Shown in pieces: positions 1 through 11,343 of a DNA stretch of 64,000 nucleotides. The notes beneath the pieces were generated by a model. That model was not told where the DNA came from. It made no database searches and worked only from the letters and a program-made list of their open reading frames with translations. A program made the translations under genes and the position numbers. The DNA is from an uncultured Gemmatimonadales bacterium (GTDB lineage Bacteria; Gemmatimonadota; Gemmatimonadetes; Longimicrobiales; Gaopeijiaceae), in NCBI GenBank assembly GCA_963823035.1, contig CAWGKG010000004.1, forward strand, positions 416,001-480,000, given 5' to 3'. Positions within the stretch are counted from its first letter, which is position 1, and the number at the start of each line of letters is the position of its first letter.

Positions 1-105
1 CTGCTCCACGGCGGAGGGGCCCTGCCGCGCGGACAGCGGCGCGGCGACGGCGAGCGCACACGCGCAACCTGCGAGCGCGCGAGCGGTGGGGGGAAGGATC
101 TTCAT
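1..105 (-). CDS. 5' end of a secreted protein (runs off the window)
   Basis: ATG at 105 on the minus strand reads MKILPPTARALAGCACALAVAAPLSARQ..., which looks like a signal peptide. Confidence 0.5.
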   Translation of the reverse strand, partial: MKILPPTARALAGCACALAVAAPLSARQGPSAVEQ

Positions 106-146
106 CGCATCGGGGCTTGGCGTACGGTAACGGAAGGGGGACGAAC

Positions 147-1135
147 CTAGGGTCGGGCTTCCCACGACGCCATGCGCGTGGCCAGCCGGAACACCGAGAG
201 CGGCGCCGAGCCTTCCGCCTTGTTGTTGGCCACCACGAACACGTCGCGCTCGGCGATCAGGGCGTCGAGCGCCGCCACGGCGATCCGCTCCAGCGACTGC
301 GGATCCTCGTCCTGGATGCGGTCGAAGGGGGCGTAGCGGTCCTTCGCGGCCTCGTACTGCAGGCCGGCGTGCAGCATCCACCGGATCAGGAGGACTGGCT
401 GCTCGTAGTGGCGGACGGCCGTCAGCTGCTCCTCGAGCGAGGCCATGGCCGGATGGACCGTATAGCAGTGGGCCGAGCCCGTTGCTTCGAGCGCCGCGGC
501 GTAGTCGGCCGTGAGGAGCGCGGGGGTCCGCAGCTCCACCGCGTAGCGAGGGCCGGGAGGGAGCGCGTCGAGGAATCGGTGCAGGCGCTCCGCGAACGCC
601 CGCGGCCGCCGACCAGGTTGGGCGAGATGGGGGAGAACTGGAAGAGGAGGGGGCCCGCCTTCTCGCCGAGACCCTCCATCATCGGCGCGATCACCTCGTC
701 GATCGCCCAGGTGGCGTCGAGGAAGCGGGGGTTGGGCCCTCGGATGGAGGAGGGCCCCGGGTCGGTCGGGGAGGTGAGCGAGGCGGTCCGCCTTGACCAG
801 GAAGCGGAAGTCGTCCGGCACGGCGTCGGCGTAGCCGCGGAACTCCTCCGCGGGGATCGGCCGGTAGTACGTGCGGTCGATGCCCACGGTGCGCAGCAGC
901 GGATGGCGGGCGTAGGCCGCGAGCCCGTGGCGCGCGAGGACGGTCTCCGAGACGGTGCGGTCGTAGACCACACCGGCCCACCCGGGGAAGCTCCACGACG
1001 AGGTGCCGAGGCGCAGCGCGCGGGGGAGCCGCTCGGCCGCCACCGGCGAGCTCACTCGGCACGGCGGCCGGGCCCACGGGGGAGATCGCCGCCGTGGGCG
1101 CGTCGTCGAAGAGGCCGAGCTGAGGGTCCGACCAT
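147..1135 (-). CDS. DUF72 (YecE-like) protein, frameshifted
   Basis: Motifs [51 protein letters not shown] spread over ORFs 691-1326, 147-1169 and 422-973; probable start ATG at about 1135 (MSDPQLGLF with one indel). Confidence 0.85.
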
Positions 1136-1193
1136 CCCCTGGGTCTACGGCTGCGGCGCCCGCCTCCACAAGAGTCGCTCCATGCGATCCTCC

Positions 1194-1228
1194 TTGACGC
1201 CGCGCTATCTAAACGACAGATATATAAC
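1194..1228 (+). promoter_or_regulatory. AT-rich promoter/operator region of PadR-1 with inverted repeat TATCT-N7-AGATA
   Basis: TTGACG at 1194-1199; TATCTaaacgacAGATA at 1206-1222; AT-rich island in GC-rich DNA. Confidence 0.5.
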
Positions 1229-1266
1229 TCGCAAATGCATATGCTCCTTTCGCAGGGGTTCCGCCG

Positions 1267-1593
1267 ATGAGCCTCACGCCGCTGACGTACGAGATCCTCC
1301 TCGCGCTCGCCGACGAGCATCGCCACGGCTACGGCATCATCAAGGAGATCGAGGCGCGCGCCGGCCCTTCCTCCGCACCGAGCACGGGGGCGCTCTACCT
1401 CGCGCTCCAGCGCATGGAGGCGGAGGGGATGGTGGCGGAGGCGCCGCGGCCGGAGGGGGACGACGACGGACGCCGCCGCTACTACCGCATCACGGCGCGG
1501 GGGCGGGCGGACGCGGAGGGGGAGTCCATGCGCCTGGCGGAGCTCGTCGCGGTGGCGCGGGCCAAGAACCTGCTTCCCGAGGTGCGCGTGTGA
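1267..1593 (+). CDS. PadR family transcriptional regulator
   Basis: ILLALADEHRHGYGIIKEI, GALYLALQRM, RRRYYRIT winged-helix motifs. Confidence 0.95.
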   Translation: MSLTPLTYEILLALADEHRHGYGIIKEIEARAGPSSAPSTGALYLALQRMEAEGMVAEAPRPEGDDDGRRRYYRITARGRADAEGESMRLAELVAVARAKNLLPEVRV

Positions 1594-4273
1594 CGCGCGG
1601 CCTCCTGCGATTCCTGCTGTGGCTCGCGCCGGGCGGTTTCCGTGCGCGCTACGGGGCGGAGGTGCTCTCCGTGCACGACGCGCGCAGGGCGGGCGGCGCG
1701 GGGCGGCTCGGGCGCCTCGGGTTCGACGTGAGGGAGGTGGCGGGGCTCGCGCTGACGGTTGCGAGGCTGCGCCTGGGTGGATCGGGAACGGAACGTGAGC
1801 GGACGACGACGACGGGGGGAGGAAACATGCTCGAGAGCACGCTGCAGGATCTGCGCTTCGCGGGACGCACGCTTCGCCGCAACCCGGGCTTCACGCTGGC
1901 GGCCGTCTCGGTGCTGGGCCTCGGCATCGGGGCGAACACGGCGATCTTCTCGGCCGCCAACGCCTTCCTCTTCCGGCCGCTGCCCTTCGCGGACGCCGAC
2001 CGCCTCGTGATGCTCTACGAGACCAACCCGGAGTTCGGGTGGACGGACGCGGCGGCCGCGCCGGCGAACGTGCTCGACTGGCGCGAGCAGGTGGACGCCT
2101 TCGCGGACGTGGCGATGTACTCCAGCTTCGTGAACCGGATCCCGTACGTGCGTGACGGAGAGCCGGAGCTCGTGGGCGCGGTCAACGTCACGGGCAACTT
2201 CTTCTCGGTGCTCGGCGTGAAGCCCGAGGTGGGGCGTGGCTTCGACTGGGACGAGACGTGGACCGGGAACGACGACGTCGTCGTGTTGAGCCACGCCTTC
2301 TGGGTGTCGCACTTCGGCGGGAGCCCGGACGCCGTCGGGAAGACGCTCACCTTCGGCAACACCACGGTCGAGATCGTCGGCGTCATGCCCGAGGGATTCG
2401 ACTTCCCCAATCCCGAAGCCGACCTGTGGTCGCCGTGGGGGTGGGACCCGGCCAACCGCCAGGCGGTGTGGTTCCGGCGTGCGCACTGGGTGGCGCCGAT
2501 CGCCCGGCTGAAGCCCGGCGTCACGCCCGAGCGCGGCGGACGCTGCGCTCCAGGTGGTGGTCGAGCGCCTGCAGAAGGACTTCCCCGAGACCAACCGCGT
2601 GATGGGCGCGGGGCTCACGCCGCTGCGTGACTTCCTGGTGAAGGACGTCCGCCGCCCGCTCGCCGTCCTCCTGGGTGCGGTGGCTCTCCTGCTCCTCCTG
2701 GCGTGCACGAACGTTGCGAACCTCATGCTGGTGCGCGCGAGCGACCGGACGAGGGAGGTGGCGCTCCGCTTCGCGATGGGCGCGCGCGGCCGGCGCATCC
2801 TGCGCCAGATGCTCACGGAGGGGCTGCTCCTCGCCCTCCTGGGCGGGGCGGTCGGCCTCGCGCTGGGTTGGGTGGGGGTGCGCGCGATCGCCCGCATGCA
2901 GCCGATCGGGATCACGGGTGCGACCACGCTGGCCCTGGATGCGCGTGTGGTGCTCTTCACGGTGGGCGTGGCCGTCGCGAGCGGGCTCCTCTTCGGGCTG
3001 GCTCCGGCCCTGCGGGCCACGAGGGGTGACCTGCAGGCGGCGTTGAAGGAGGGTGGACGCGGCGGGTCCACCGGGCGCGGCACGATGCGCACGGTGGGGA
3101 TGCTCGTGTCCGTCGAGGTCGGCCTGGCGGTGCTGCTGGTCGTGGGCGCCGGGCTCATGGTGCGCACCTTCTGGATGCTGCGCAGCGTCGATCCCGGCTT
3201 CCGGACGGAGGGTGTGGTGGCGGTGCAGTTCGGCATCCCCTCGGCGCGCTACGAGAAGCGCGACCAGGTGCTGGCCTTCCAGGACGACTTCGAGCGGCGC
3301 ATGGAGGCGCGCCCCGGGATCACCCGCGTCGGCCTGGTCAACCAGCTCCCCCTCGCCGGCACGAGCTGGTCGAGCCAGTTCCAGGCGGAGGGGTGGCCCC
3401 CCGAGCGCGTCGGCTTCGAGATCCTGCACCGGCGCACCGACGCCGGCTACTTCGAGGCGCTCGACATCCCCCTCGTGCGCGGGCGGATGTTCGGGCCCGA
3501 CGACGGCGCCGACACGCCTCCGGTCGTGCTCATCAACGAGACGTTCGCACGCCAGCACTTCCCCGGCGAGGACCCCATCGGCCAGAAGATCGCGTACGAC
3601 CGGACGGCAGCGGCCAACCCCGACGGGAGCACCTGGTACGAGATCATCGGGATCGTCGGCGACCAGATGCAGACCTCGCCGGCCGATCCGGCGCGCGCCG
3701 AGGCGTTCGAGAACCGCGACCAGGACTGGGGCCGGAGCGAGTGGTTCGTGATCCGCACCGCGGGAAGCGTGGCCTCCACCGTGGCGGTCACGCGCGAGGT
3801 CCTGCACGAGATGGATCCCCTCATCCCGCTCGGCGCGGTCCGGCCCATCCGTGAGGTCTGGCGCGAATCGATGGCGCAGCAGGCGTTCATCCTCACGCTC
3901 CTGGGCGCCTTCGGCGCGATGGCCCTCCTCCTCGCGGCCGTGGGCGTCTACGGCGTGACGGCGCAGGCGGCGCGCAAGCGGACGCAGGAGATCGGCATCC
4001 GCATGGCGCTGGGCGCCGGCGCCTCCGACGTGGTCGGGCTCATGCTGCGCCAGGGGCTGGCCGTGGTGGCGCTCGGCCTCGCGGCGGGCCTCGCGGTGGC
4101 GCTGCTCGCGACGCGCGCCATCGCGACGTTCCTGTACGGCGTCGAGCCGACGGATCCGGCCACGCTCGTCTCGGTCGTCGCGCTCCTGGCGGGCGTGGCG
4201 GCGGTGGCCTCGCTACGTTCCGGCGCGGCGCGCGACCTCCGTGGATCCGGTGACGTCGCTGCGCGCCGAGTGA
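1590..4273 (+). CDS. ADOP-type duplicated ABC permease (MacB/FtsX), frameshifted
   Basis: QDLRFAGRTLRRNPGF, LGIGANTAIFS, LLLACTNVANLML, RTQEIGIRMALGA, C-terminal DPVTSLRAE; GTGA overlap with PadR stop; frameshifts near 2540 and 4210. Confidence 0.92.
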
Positions 4274-4324
4274 GGCGCTGGCCGGCGGTAGCCGCGGAAC
4301 GGGCCCGGAGCCTACCTTCCCCGG

Positions 4325-4669
4325 ATGGACGTGCAGATCTTCGGCGTCAAGAACGACGCCGACACCCGCAAGGCGCTGCGCTTCTTCAAGGAGCGCCGCA
4401 TCAAGGCGCACTTCGTCGACTTCAAGGTGCGCGGCCCGTCGCGCGGCGAGCTCCGCCGCTTCTTCCAGAAGTTCGGGTCCGAGGCGATGGTGGACCGCTC
4501 GTCGAAGCGCTTCCAGGCGCTCGGGCTGAGCACCGCCCACTACGGCGACGAGCGCTGGATGACGATCGCGGAGGAGGAGCCCCTCGTCCTGCGCATGCCG
4601 CTGGTACGGCGCGGCAACGACCTCACCGTGGGCGCGGCCGAGGGAACGTGGAGGGAGTGGACGGCCTGA
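4325..4669 (+). CDS. ArsC/Spx-like family protein
   Basis: VQIFGVKNDADTRKALRFFKERRI...EPLVLRMPLVR; the canonical CxxC is absent. Confidence 0.8.
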   Translation: MDVQIFGVKNDADTRKALRFFKERRIKAHFVDFKVRGPSRGELRRFFQKFGSEAMVDRSSKRFQALGLSTAHYGDERWMTIAEEEPLVLRMPLVRRGNDLTVGAAEGTWREWTA

Positions 4670-4679
4670 GGCCGCCGGC

Positions 4680-5649
4680 TCAGGACCCCGTCTCCCCGAC
4701 GAGCGCGATCCGGGACCCGTCGGGGCTCACCGCGATGCGGCTCACGCGGATCCCCAACGCCGACAGGTCGGCGAACTGCGTCCACCCCTGCGCCCCCGGG
4801 CGCCAGGCGTAGATGCGCGCCTCGTGCGCCTGGAGGAGGGTGCCGTCGGGCGTCCAGGCGTGGAAGTCGCCGCCCTCGACCCCCTCCACGAGCAGCTCCG
4901 AGCGCCCCGTGGCGACGCGCAACCGCCGGATCTCCGTTCCGCCGTCCGGCCGTCGCTGGACGAAGCTGACGTCGCTCGTACCGGGGATGGGCTGCATCCC
5001 GCGCCCGATGTCGCTCGCCGGCGTGCCGGTCGTGCCCTCACCGAGCCGGGCGGTCTCCAGCACGGGTGGCTCGCCGAGCACGTACAGGACGACGTTCCGG
5101 CCATCGGCCCACGCGTGGTAGCCCACCGGCGCGATCGAGTCGAAGAGCACCGAGGGGTGGGTGCCGTCCGCGTCGAAGCGCCACAGACGCTGCGCCGAGT
5201 CGGCCTCCACGCGCACCGCGGAGAAGCCGCCGTCCTCGAGCGGCGTGGCCGAGTACTCGCTCTCGGGCGTCGTGTGCGTGACCTGCGTGCTCGAGCCGGT
5301 CTGGAGATCGTAGCGCCAGATGTCGGCCTGCCCGCCGTCGTCGATCACGGTGTACCAGAAGGCCGACCCGTCCGGGAGGAAGAAGGGCTGGTTGTCGTAG
5401 CCCGGCCGCTCGGTGACGTTCACGGCGTCTTCGATGCCGAGCGCGCCACCGGCGCCGTGCGTGAGCGTCGCGAGCCAGATGTCGGTTCCGGGAGGGGCCT
5501 GGGCGACGGTCGCGGTCGCCGCTCCCGCCCGCGTCGGGCCTGGCCTCGCCCCCGCACGCGGCGACGCCGAGCGCCGCCACGGCGACCGTCCACGACGGGA
5601 GCCGTTGCCGCCGCGCGGCCGCGGCGGTCGTTCCAGGGGCGAGCGTCAT
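4680..5649 (-). CDS. Exported TolB-like/PD40 beta-propeller lipoprotein, frameshifted
   Basis: Lipobox-like LGVAACGG; NVTERPGYDNQPFFLPDG, ESEYSATP, PVGYHAW, SRIAVSPDG. Confidence 0.75.
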
Positions 5650-5750
5650 CGCGCTTCCTCGGTCCAGGGCAGGAGGAGTCTCTCGACGGGGAAGATGCGG
5701 GGCACCCCCGAGGGGGCGAAAGGCCTCGCGCGCGCTCGCGGGCACGCCCC

Positions 5751-5776
5751 GTCACATCGCGGGCGGCTCGTTCGTT
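5751..5776 (+). promoter_or_regulatory. Candidate ECF41-like promoter GTCACA-N16-CGTT
   Basis: GTCACA 5751-5756, 16-nt spacer, CGTT 5773-5776, ATG at 5785. Confidence 0.4.
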
Positions 5777-5784
5777 CGATCGAC

Positions 5785-6249
5785 ATGAACCGACGACGCC
5801 TCGTGATTCCTTTCCTGGCCTGGGCCGCGCTCTCGTGCTCGGATCTCAGCCCGGAGGCGGCCGACCTGCGCCGCGACCTCGCCGCCAATCGTGCGCGTTG
5901 GGAAGCGCTCGGGCTGGAGACCTACGTCTACGAGGTCGAGCACTCCTGCTTCTGCCCGGTGGAGGCGATCGGGCCCGTCCGGGTCCAGGTCGAGAACGGG
6001 TCGGTCACGTCGCGCACCTACCCGCAGTCCGGAGACAGCGTCGCCGCCACGTTCAGCGACGTCTTCCCCACCGTCGACGGGCTGTTCGACGTGCTGCAAC
6101 GAGCGATCGACCAGAACGCCGCCGACGTCCAGGTCACGTGGGACCCCGACACGGGTGTGCCTCTGCACTTCTCCATCGACTACATCGCGAACGCGGTGGA
6201 CGAGGAAGAGGGCTATCGGATCGTGGACGGGCCCCGGACAACCCCCTGA
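5785..6249 (+). CDS. DUF6174-like lipoprotein
   Basis: MNRRRLVIPFLAWAALSC lipobox; ARWEALGLETYVY, SCFCP, PTVDGLF, DEEEGY. Confidence 0.75.
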   Translation: MNRRRLVIPFLAWAALSCSDLSPEAADLRRDLAANRARWEALGLETYVYEVEHSCFCPVEAIGPVRVQVENGSVTSRTYPQSGDSVAATFSDVFPTVDGLFDVLQRAIDQNAADVQVTWDPDTGVPLHFSIDYIANAVDEEEGYRIVDGPRTTP

Positions 6250-6331
6250 GTCCCTTCGGGCATCACACGAGCGAACCCCGAAACGAGCGGAGCCGCGGGG
6301 GATGTTCCCCGGCTCCCTCGAGGAGCGGCAC

Positions 6332-6730
6332 GTGCCCGAGACCGTCGGACTCACCGGATTGCAGCTGACCATCCTCCAGGTCCTGTGGGAGCGTGGTGAG
6401 GCCACGACCCAGGAAGTCTGGGAGCAGGTGGTGGAACAGCGCCCCCTGGCGCTGACGACCGTGGCGACGCTCTTGTCGCGTCTCGAGCGGAAGCGTGTGC
6501 TGGACCACAGGCGTCGGGGGAGGCAGAACGTCTACCATGCCACGGTGAGCCGCGCGGAGGTCCGACGCTCCAAGGTGCGGGAGCTGACCGAGAACCTCTT
6601 CGACGGCGATGCCACCGCCCTCATGAGCCACCTCGTGCGCGCCGACCAGGTCGACGCCGCCGAGCTCGAGCGCATGCGCGCGCTGCTCGAGGAGGCGGAG
6701 GCGCGCGAAGGGGCCGACGCGGATGCTTGA
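6332..6730 (+). CDS. BlaI/MecI/CopY family transcriptional repressor
   Basis: LQLTILQVLWERGEAT, LALTTVATLLSRLERK, ENLFDGDATALMSHLV. Confidence 0.92.
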   Translation: MPETVGLTGLQLTILQVLWERGEATTQEVWEQVVEQRPLALTTVATLLSRLERKRVLDHRRRGRQNVYHATVSRAEVRRSKVRELTENLFDGDATALMSHLVRADQVDAAELERMRALLEEAEAREGADADA

Positions 6731-7988
6731 GGGCCTCGCGTCCCTGGCCGGACGCGCCGCTCCCTGGCTGCTCACCTACCTGCTTCACAGCACGGCGCTG
6801 ATCATGGCCGTCTGGCTGCTCGACCGCGCCGGCGTGGTGCGCCGTGCCCGCACGCTCGACCTCCTCTGGAAGGCGGCGCTCCTGGCCGGGTTCGCCACCT
6901 CCACGCTGGTCGTCGGGTCGCGCCGCCCTCGCGAGGCGCTGACGCCGTCGCCGACGTCGAGGCCGTGGTGCGACGCGCCGGTGGGCCGCCCCCGGCGGGC
7001 GCGCTCACGTGGGTCTCGCCGCACGCGACGACGCGCGTCCGGGCGCGCGTCGTGGAGCCCTCCCCGGAGTGCCGGCGCCTCCTCGAGGGTGGGGCCGGCG
7101 GGGGGGAGGCGTGGATCGGGGCCCTGAAGGCGGCGTGCGCCACGGAGGGGCTCGAAGGGCGCGCCGTGCTCCTGTTCGTGTGGCTGGCGGGTGGCGCGAC
7201 GCTCCTCCTTCTGGGCGTGCGGGACCGGTGGCGCCTCGGGGCCGAGCTCGCGGGGTGCTCGCCGGCGGACGGACGGATCGCGGCGATCGGCGCCTCGCTC
7301 GTCGGGAGCCGGCCCGGACGGGCCCGGATCCTGGTCTCGGACACGGTGCCCGCCCCCTGTGCCGTGGGTCGGTGCGTCGTCCTCCCGGCGCGTTGCGAGC
7401 AGGAGATGGACGACGGAGAGCTGTCGGCGGTGCTCGCGCACGAGCTGGCGCACCTGGCGCGGCGTGACCCCGCGTGGCTGGCGGCGGCCGACCTGGTGTG
7501 TCGCCTCGCCTGGATCCAGCCCCTGAACCGTGTGGCGGCCGCGGGCGTCCGTGACGCGGCCGAGCTGATGACCGATCAGCACACGCTCCGTCACACACGT
7601 CCGCTCGATCTGGCCCGCTCGATCCATCGGGTGTCGCACTGGGCCGTCCCGCACCGCCGTCCGGCGCGCGTGTCCGGGCTCGCCCGTCCGCGCGACGGAT
7701 CTCTGACCCGCCGCGTGCGCCGGATCCTCGCGCCGGCGAGGGAGGGGGACGTCGGTCCCGCCTGGCCCGGGGCCCTGCTCGCGCTCGCGCTGAGCGCGGG
7801 TGTGATGCTCCTTCCGCCCGTGGCGATGACGCGCGAGCTGCGCGCGATCATGATCGAGCTCGAGGGACCGGCGTCCGGTCGGCACGGACGCCACGGCGAG
7901 CTTGGTCGAGGGGGCGCCGGCGGGTACACGCGTGCTGATCCGCGTGCGCGACCGGGGCACGCTCCGGGAGACGGACGCCACCCGGTAG
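6723..7988 (+). CDS. M56 (BlaR1-like) membrane metallopeptidase/anti-repressor, frameshifted
   Basis: LLTYLLHST N-terminus, AVLAHELAHLARRD zinc motif, WIQPL, SLTRRVRRIL; overlaps the BlaI gene. Confidence 0.88.
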
Positions 7989-8100
7989 CCTGCTCCCTCC
8001 GTGTCGGGCGGGCCTTCCGCGCTCCTCCATCCTCGCGCCGTCCGCCCTATATTGCTGCGCCCGGTCCGCGGACCCCGATTCGAACCCGCCAGGAGCTCTC

Positions 8101-9513
8101 GTGACCCCGACGCCCGGAGGACGCCGCCTCGCGACGGTGACCATCCCCGCGCCCGACCTCCGCCCCGACGCCTTCCTGCGCACCGCGGCGGGGCTCCCCA
8201 GGGGATTCTGGGCCAAGGGGGACCGCTGGGTCGCGCACCGCGGGGTGGCGGCCGACCTGCGGGGTCCCGAGGGCGCGGCCCCCGACCGCTTCGCGGACGT
8301 CGCGGAGGCGGCCGCGCTCCTCGCGCGCGATCCGCTCCTCGCGCCGGGCGCCACGCGGGCGCCGCGGGTCCGGCTCTACGGCGGCTTCTCCTTCCGGGCG
8401 GACCACCGTGCCGAGGGGGCGTGGTCGGCCTTCCCGTCCTATCGCTTCCACCTTCCCGCCTTCGAGCTGGAGGGGGACGCGAGCGGGGATGCCTGGCTGC
8501 GTGCGCGCGCGCTCGTCGCCGGGGAGGAGTCCGGGGACGCGCTGAGCCGTCTCCGGCGTGGCGCGGAGGAGCTGCGCGCCGAGTTGGCCAGCTCGACCGA
8601 GCGGACGGGCCCCGAGCCGCCTCCGGTACCGGCGCGCGCGGTCGCCACGGAGCGGGCCGCGTGGGAAGCCGCCGTCGAGGAGTCGCTACGGGCGATCCGC
8701 GATGGGCGGGTCTCCAAGGTCGTCCTCGCGCGCACGATGGACGTGGACGTCGCGGTGGATCCGGCCGACGTGGTGATGCAGCTCTGGACGATGAACAGGG
8801 GCAGCCACGTCTTCCTCTTCGAGCCCGAGGCGGGGTCGGCGATCGTGGGCGCCACGCCCGAGACCGTCACCACCCTTCGCGACGGCGTCTTCCACGCCAC
8901 CGCCGTCGCCGGCTCGATCCGCCGCGGCGACACCGCCCGGGAGCAGGCCGAGCTCGCCGCGGCGCTCCTCGCGAGCGAGAAGGACCGCAACGAGCAGCGC
9001 ATCGTCGTGGACGACCTCATCGCGCGGCTCGAGACCGTGGCGCACCAGATCCGCACGGACCCGCAGCCCCACGTCCTGACGCTCGCCCGCATCCAGCACC
9101 TGGAGACGGAGATCCGCGCCAGCGTACCGGCGGGGACCCGCGTTCTCGACGTCCTGCGCCTCCTGCACCCGACGCCCGCCGTGTGCGGCCTGCCCCGCGA
9201 CGCGGCGCTCGCCGTGCTCGCCGAGGAGGAGCCCTTCGACCGGGGTTGGTACGCCGGGCCCGTGGGCTTCTTCGACGCCGAAGGCAATGGTGTCTTCGCG
9301 CCCGCGCTGCGGTCGGCCGTGCTGCACGGCGGGGTGTGGCGGCTCTTCGCGGGCGCGGGCATCGTGGAGGGGTCGGTACCGGCGCTCGAGTGGGAGGAGA
9401 CGAGGATCAAGTTCACGCCGGTGCTCGACGCCCTCGGGGCCGCGGGCGCGGTGCTCGGGGACGACGACGTCACGCATGCCGTGGCCTCCGGGGAGTCGGA
9501 GCGGGCGGGGTGA
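8101..9513 (+). CDS. menF: Isochorismate synthase
   Basis: KVVLAR, GATPE, AVAGS, SEKDRNEQ, LHPTPAVCGLP, RGWYAGPVG, FAGAGIV. Confidence 0.93.
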   Translation: MTPTPGGRRLATVTIPAPDLRPDAFLRTAAGLPRGFWAKGDRWVAHRGVAADLRGPEGAAPDRFADVAEAAALLARDPLLAPGATRAPRVRLYGGFSFRADHRAEGAWSAFPSYRFHLPAFELEGDASGDAWLRARALVAGEESGDALSRLRRGAEELRAELASSTERTGPEPPPVPARAVATERAAWEAAVEESLRAIRDGRVSKVVLARTMDVDVAVDPADVVMQLWTMNRGSHVFLFEPEAGSAIVGATPETVTTLRDGVFHATAVAGSIRRGDTAREQAELAAALLASEKDRNEQRIVVDDLIARLETVAHQIRTDPQPHVLTLARIQHLETEIRASVPAGTRVLDVLRLLHPTPAVCGLPRDAALAVLAEEEPFDRGWYAGPVGFFDAEGNGVFAPALRSAVLHGGVWRLFAGAGIVEGSVPALEWEETRIKFTPVLDALGAAGAVLGDDDVTHAVASGESERAG

Positions 9514-11300
9514 GCTCGGCGGAAGCCACCACGGCCTGGGCGCGGGCCCTCGCCGACGAGCTGGCGCGCGCGGGGGTGCGCGAGGTGGTCGTCGCGCCCG
9601 GCTCCCGATCCACGCCGCTCGTGCTGGCCTTCGCGGCGGACGGGCGCTTTCGCGTGCGCGTGCACCTCGACGAGCGCTCTGCCGGCTTCTTCGCGCTCGG
9701 GGTGGGGAAGGCCTCGGGGATGCCCGCAGCGGTGGTCACGACGTCCGGCACGGCGACGGCCAACCTGTACGGGGCGGTGATCGAGGCGGCGCAGGCCGAG
9801 GTGCCGCTGCTGATCCTCACGGCCGACCGGCCCCTCCGCCTGCGCGGGGCGGACGCGAACCAGGCGATCGACCAGACGCGGCTCTACGGGCCGTACGTGC
9901 GGGCCTTCTTCGAGGCCGCGCCCCCCGAGCGCGACGACGCGGCGCTCCGGCACCTGCGCGCCCTCGCCTGCCGCGCCGTGCTCGCCGCCCGCGAGGCGCC
10001 GGCCGGCCCCGTGCACCTCAACCTCCCCTTCGACAAGCCGCTCGAGCCGCCACGCGCGTCGGCGGGGGAGGATCGGGCCGCGATCGACGCGTTCGCCGCC
10101 GCGCATCCCCTCGCCGCCGGCGGCCGCGAGGACGGGCGTCCGTGGGTGGACGTGACCCCCACGCGGCGGCGGGCCACGGCGGAGGTGCTCGAGCCGCTGC
10201 GTGCGCTGTGCGGCGGATTGGGGCGGGGCGTGGTGGTGGCCGGTCCCTCCTCCGATCCCGCGCGCGACGGACCCGCCGCGGTGGCCTTCGCGGCCGCGAC
10301 GGGCTTTCCCCTCCTCGCCGATCCCCTGTCGGGGGCGCGGTGGGGACCCGTCTGCCGGCGCGCTGGTCGTGGAGGGGTACGACCTGTTCCTGCGCGACGA
10401 GGCGGCCCGCGCGCGCCTGACGCCCGAGCTGATCGTGCGCGTCGGCGCCAGCCCGACCTCTGCGGCGCTGCAGGGGTGGCTCGGGCACCACGCCGGCGTG
10501 CGCCACGTGGTGGTGGACGGAGGAGGTCGGTGGAAGGACCACGCGTCCGTCGCCTCCGACTACGTGCACGCGGATGCGGCGGATACGCTGTGCGCGCTTC
10601 GTGGCCGGGATGGAGCGGAGCGTCGACGCGGGTTGGGCCGCGGCGTGGCGGGAGGCGAGCGCGGCGACGCGCGCGGCGCTCGACGCCGACGCGGGCGGCG
10701 CACCCCACGAGGGACACGTCCTGGGCGCGGTGGTGCGGGCGCTGCCCGAGGACGCCACTGCTCTTCGTGTCCAGCTCGATGCCCGTGCGCGACCTCGACG
10801 CCTTCGGCGCGCCGCGCGAGGAGGGCCTGCGGGCGTACGGGAATCGGGGCGCGAGCGGCATCGACGGGATCGTCTCCACCGCCTTCGGCGTGGCGGCCGC
10901 GTCGGCAGCGCCCGTCGTGTGCGTGCTCGGCGACGTGGCGCTCTTCCACGATCAGAACGGACTGCTCTGGCAGCGCGAAGCCGACGCGCCCGTGGTCTTC
11001 GTGCTCGTGGACAACGACGGCGGCGGCATCTTCCACATGCTCCCCGTGCGCGAGCACGAGCCGTGGTTCACGCCCTACTTCGCCACGCCGCACGGCCTCG
11101 ACCTCCGGCATGCCGCGGCGATGCACGGCATCCCCTTCGAGGACGCGGAGCCGGCGGGGCTGTCCGGCGCGCTCGCCGCGGCGATCGCGGAAGGTCGAAC
11201 GCGTGTCGTGCGGGTGCGCACGGAGCGAGAGGCGAACCGCCGGCGTCACGCCGAGGTGGCCGAGGCCGTGGCCCGGAGCGTACGCGCCGCCCTGGGGTAG
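9510..11300 (+). CDS. menD: SEPHCHC synthase, frameshifted
   Basis: [70 protein letters not shown]. Confidence 0.96.
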   Translation: MSSAEATTAWARALADELARAGVREVVVAPGSRSTPLVLAFAADGRFRVRVHLDERSAGFFALGVGKASGMPAAVVTTSGTATANLYGAVIEAAQAEVPLLILTADRPLRLRGADANQAIDQTRLYGPYVRAFFEAAPPERDDAALRHLRALACRAVLAAREAPAGPVHLNLPFDKPLEPPRASAGEDRAAIDAFAAAHPLAAGGREDGRPWVDVTPTRRRATAEVLEPLRALCGGLGRGVVVAGPSSDPARDGPAAVAFAAATGFPLLADPLSGARWGPVCRRAGRGGVRPVPARRGGPRAPDARADRARRRQPDLCGAAGVARAPRRRAPRGGGRRRSVEGPRVRRLRLRARGCGGYAVRASWPGWSGASTRVGPRRGGRRARRRARRSTPTRAAHPTRDTSWARWCGRCPRTPLLFVSSSMPVRDLDAFGAPREEGLRAYGNRGASGIDGIVSTAFGVAAASAAPVVCVLGDVALFHDQNGLLWQREADAPVVFVLVDNDGGGIFHMLPVREHEPWFTPYFATPHGLDLRHAAAMHGIPFEDAEPAGLSGALAAAIAEGRTRVVRVRTEREANRRRHAEVAEAVARSVRAALG

Positions 11301-11343
11301 GGGCCTGCCGACCGAGAACCCATCTCTCCCGAAGACGAGACCG

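Noticed and set aside
8001..11300. 1099-aa ORF suggesting a MenF-MenD fusion
   Set aside because: The upstream part is off-frame to menF; menD starts at GTG 9510 overlapping the menF stop
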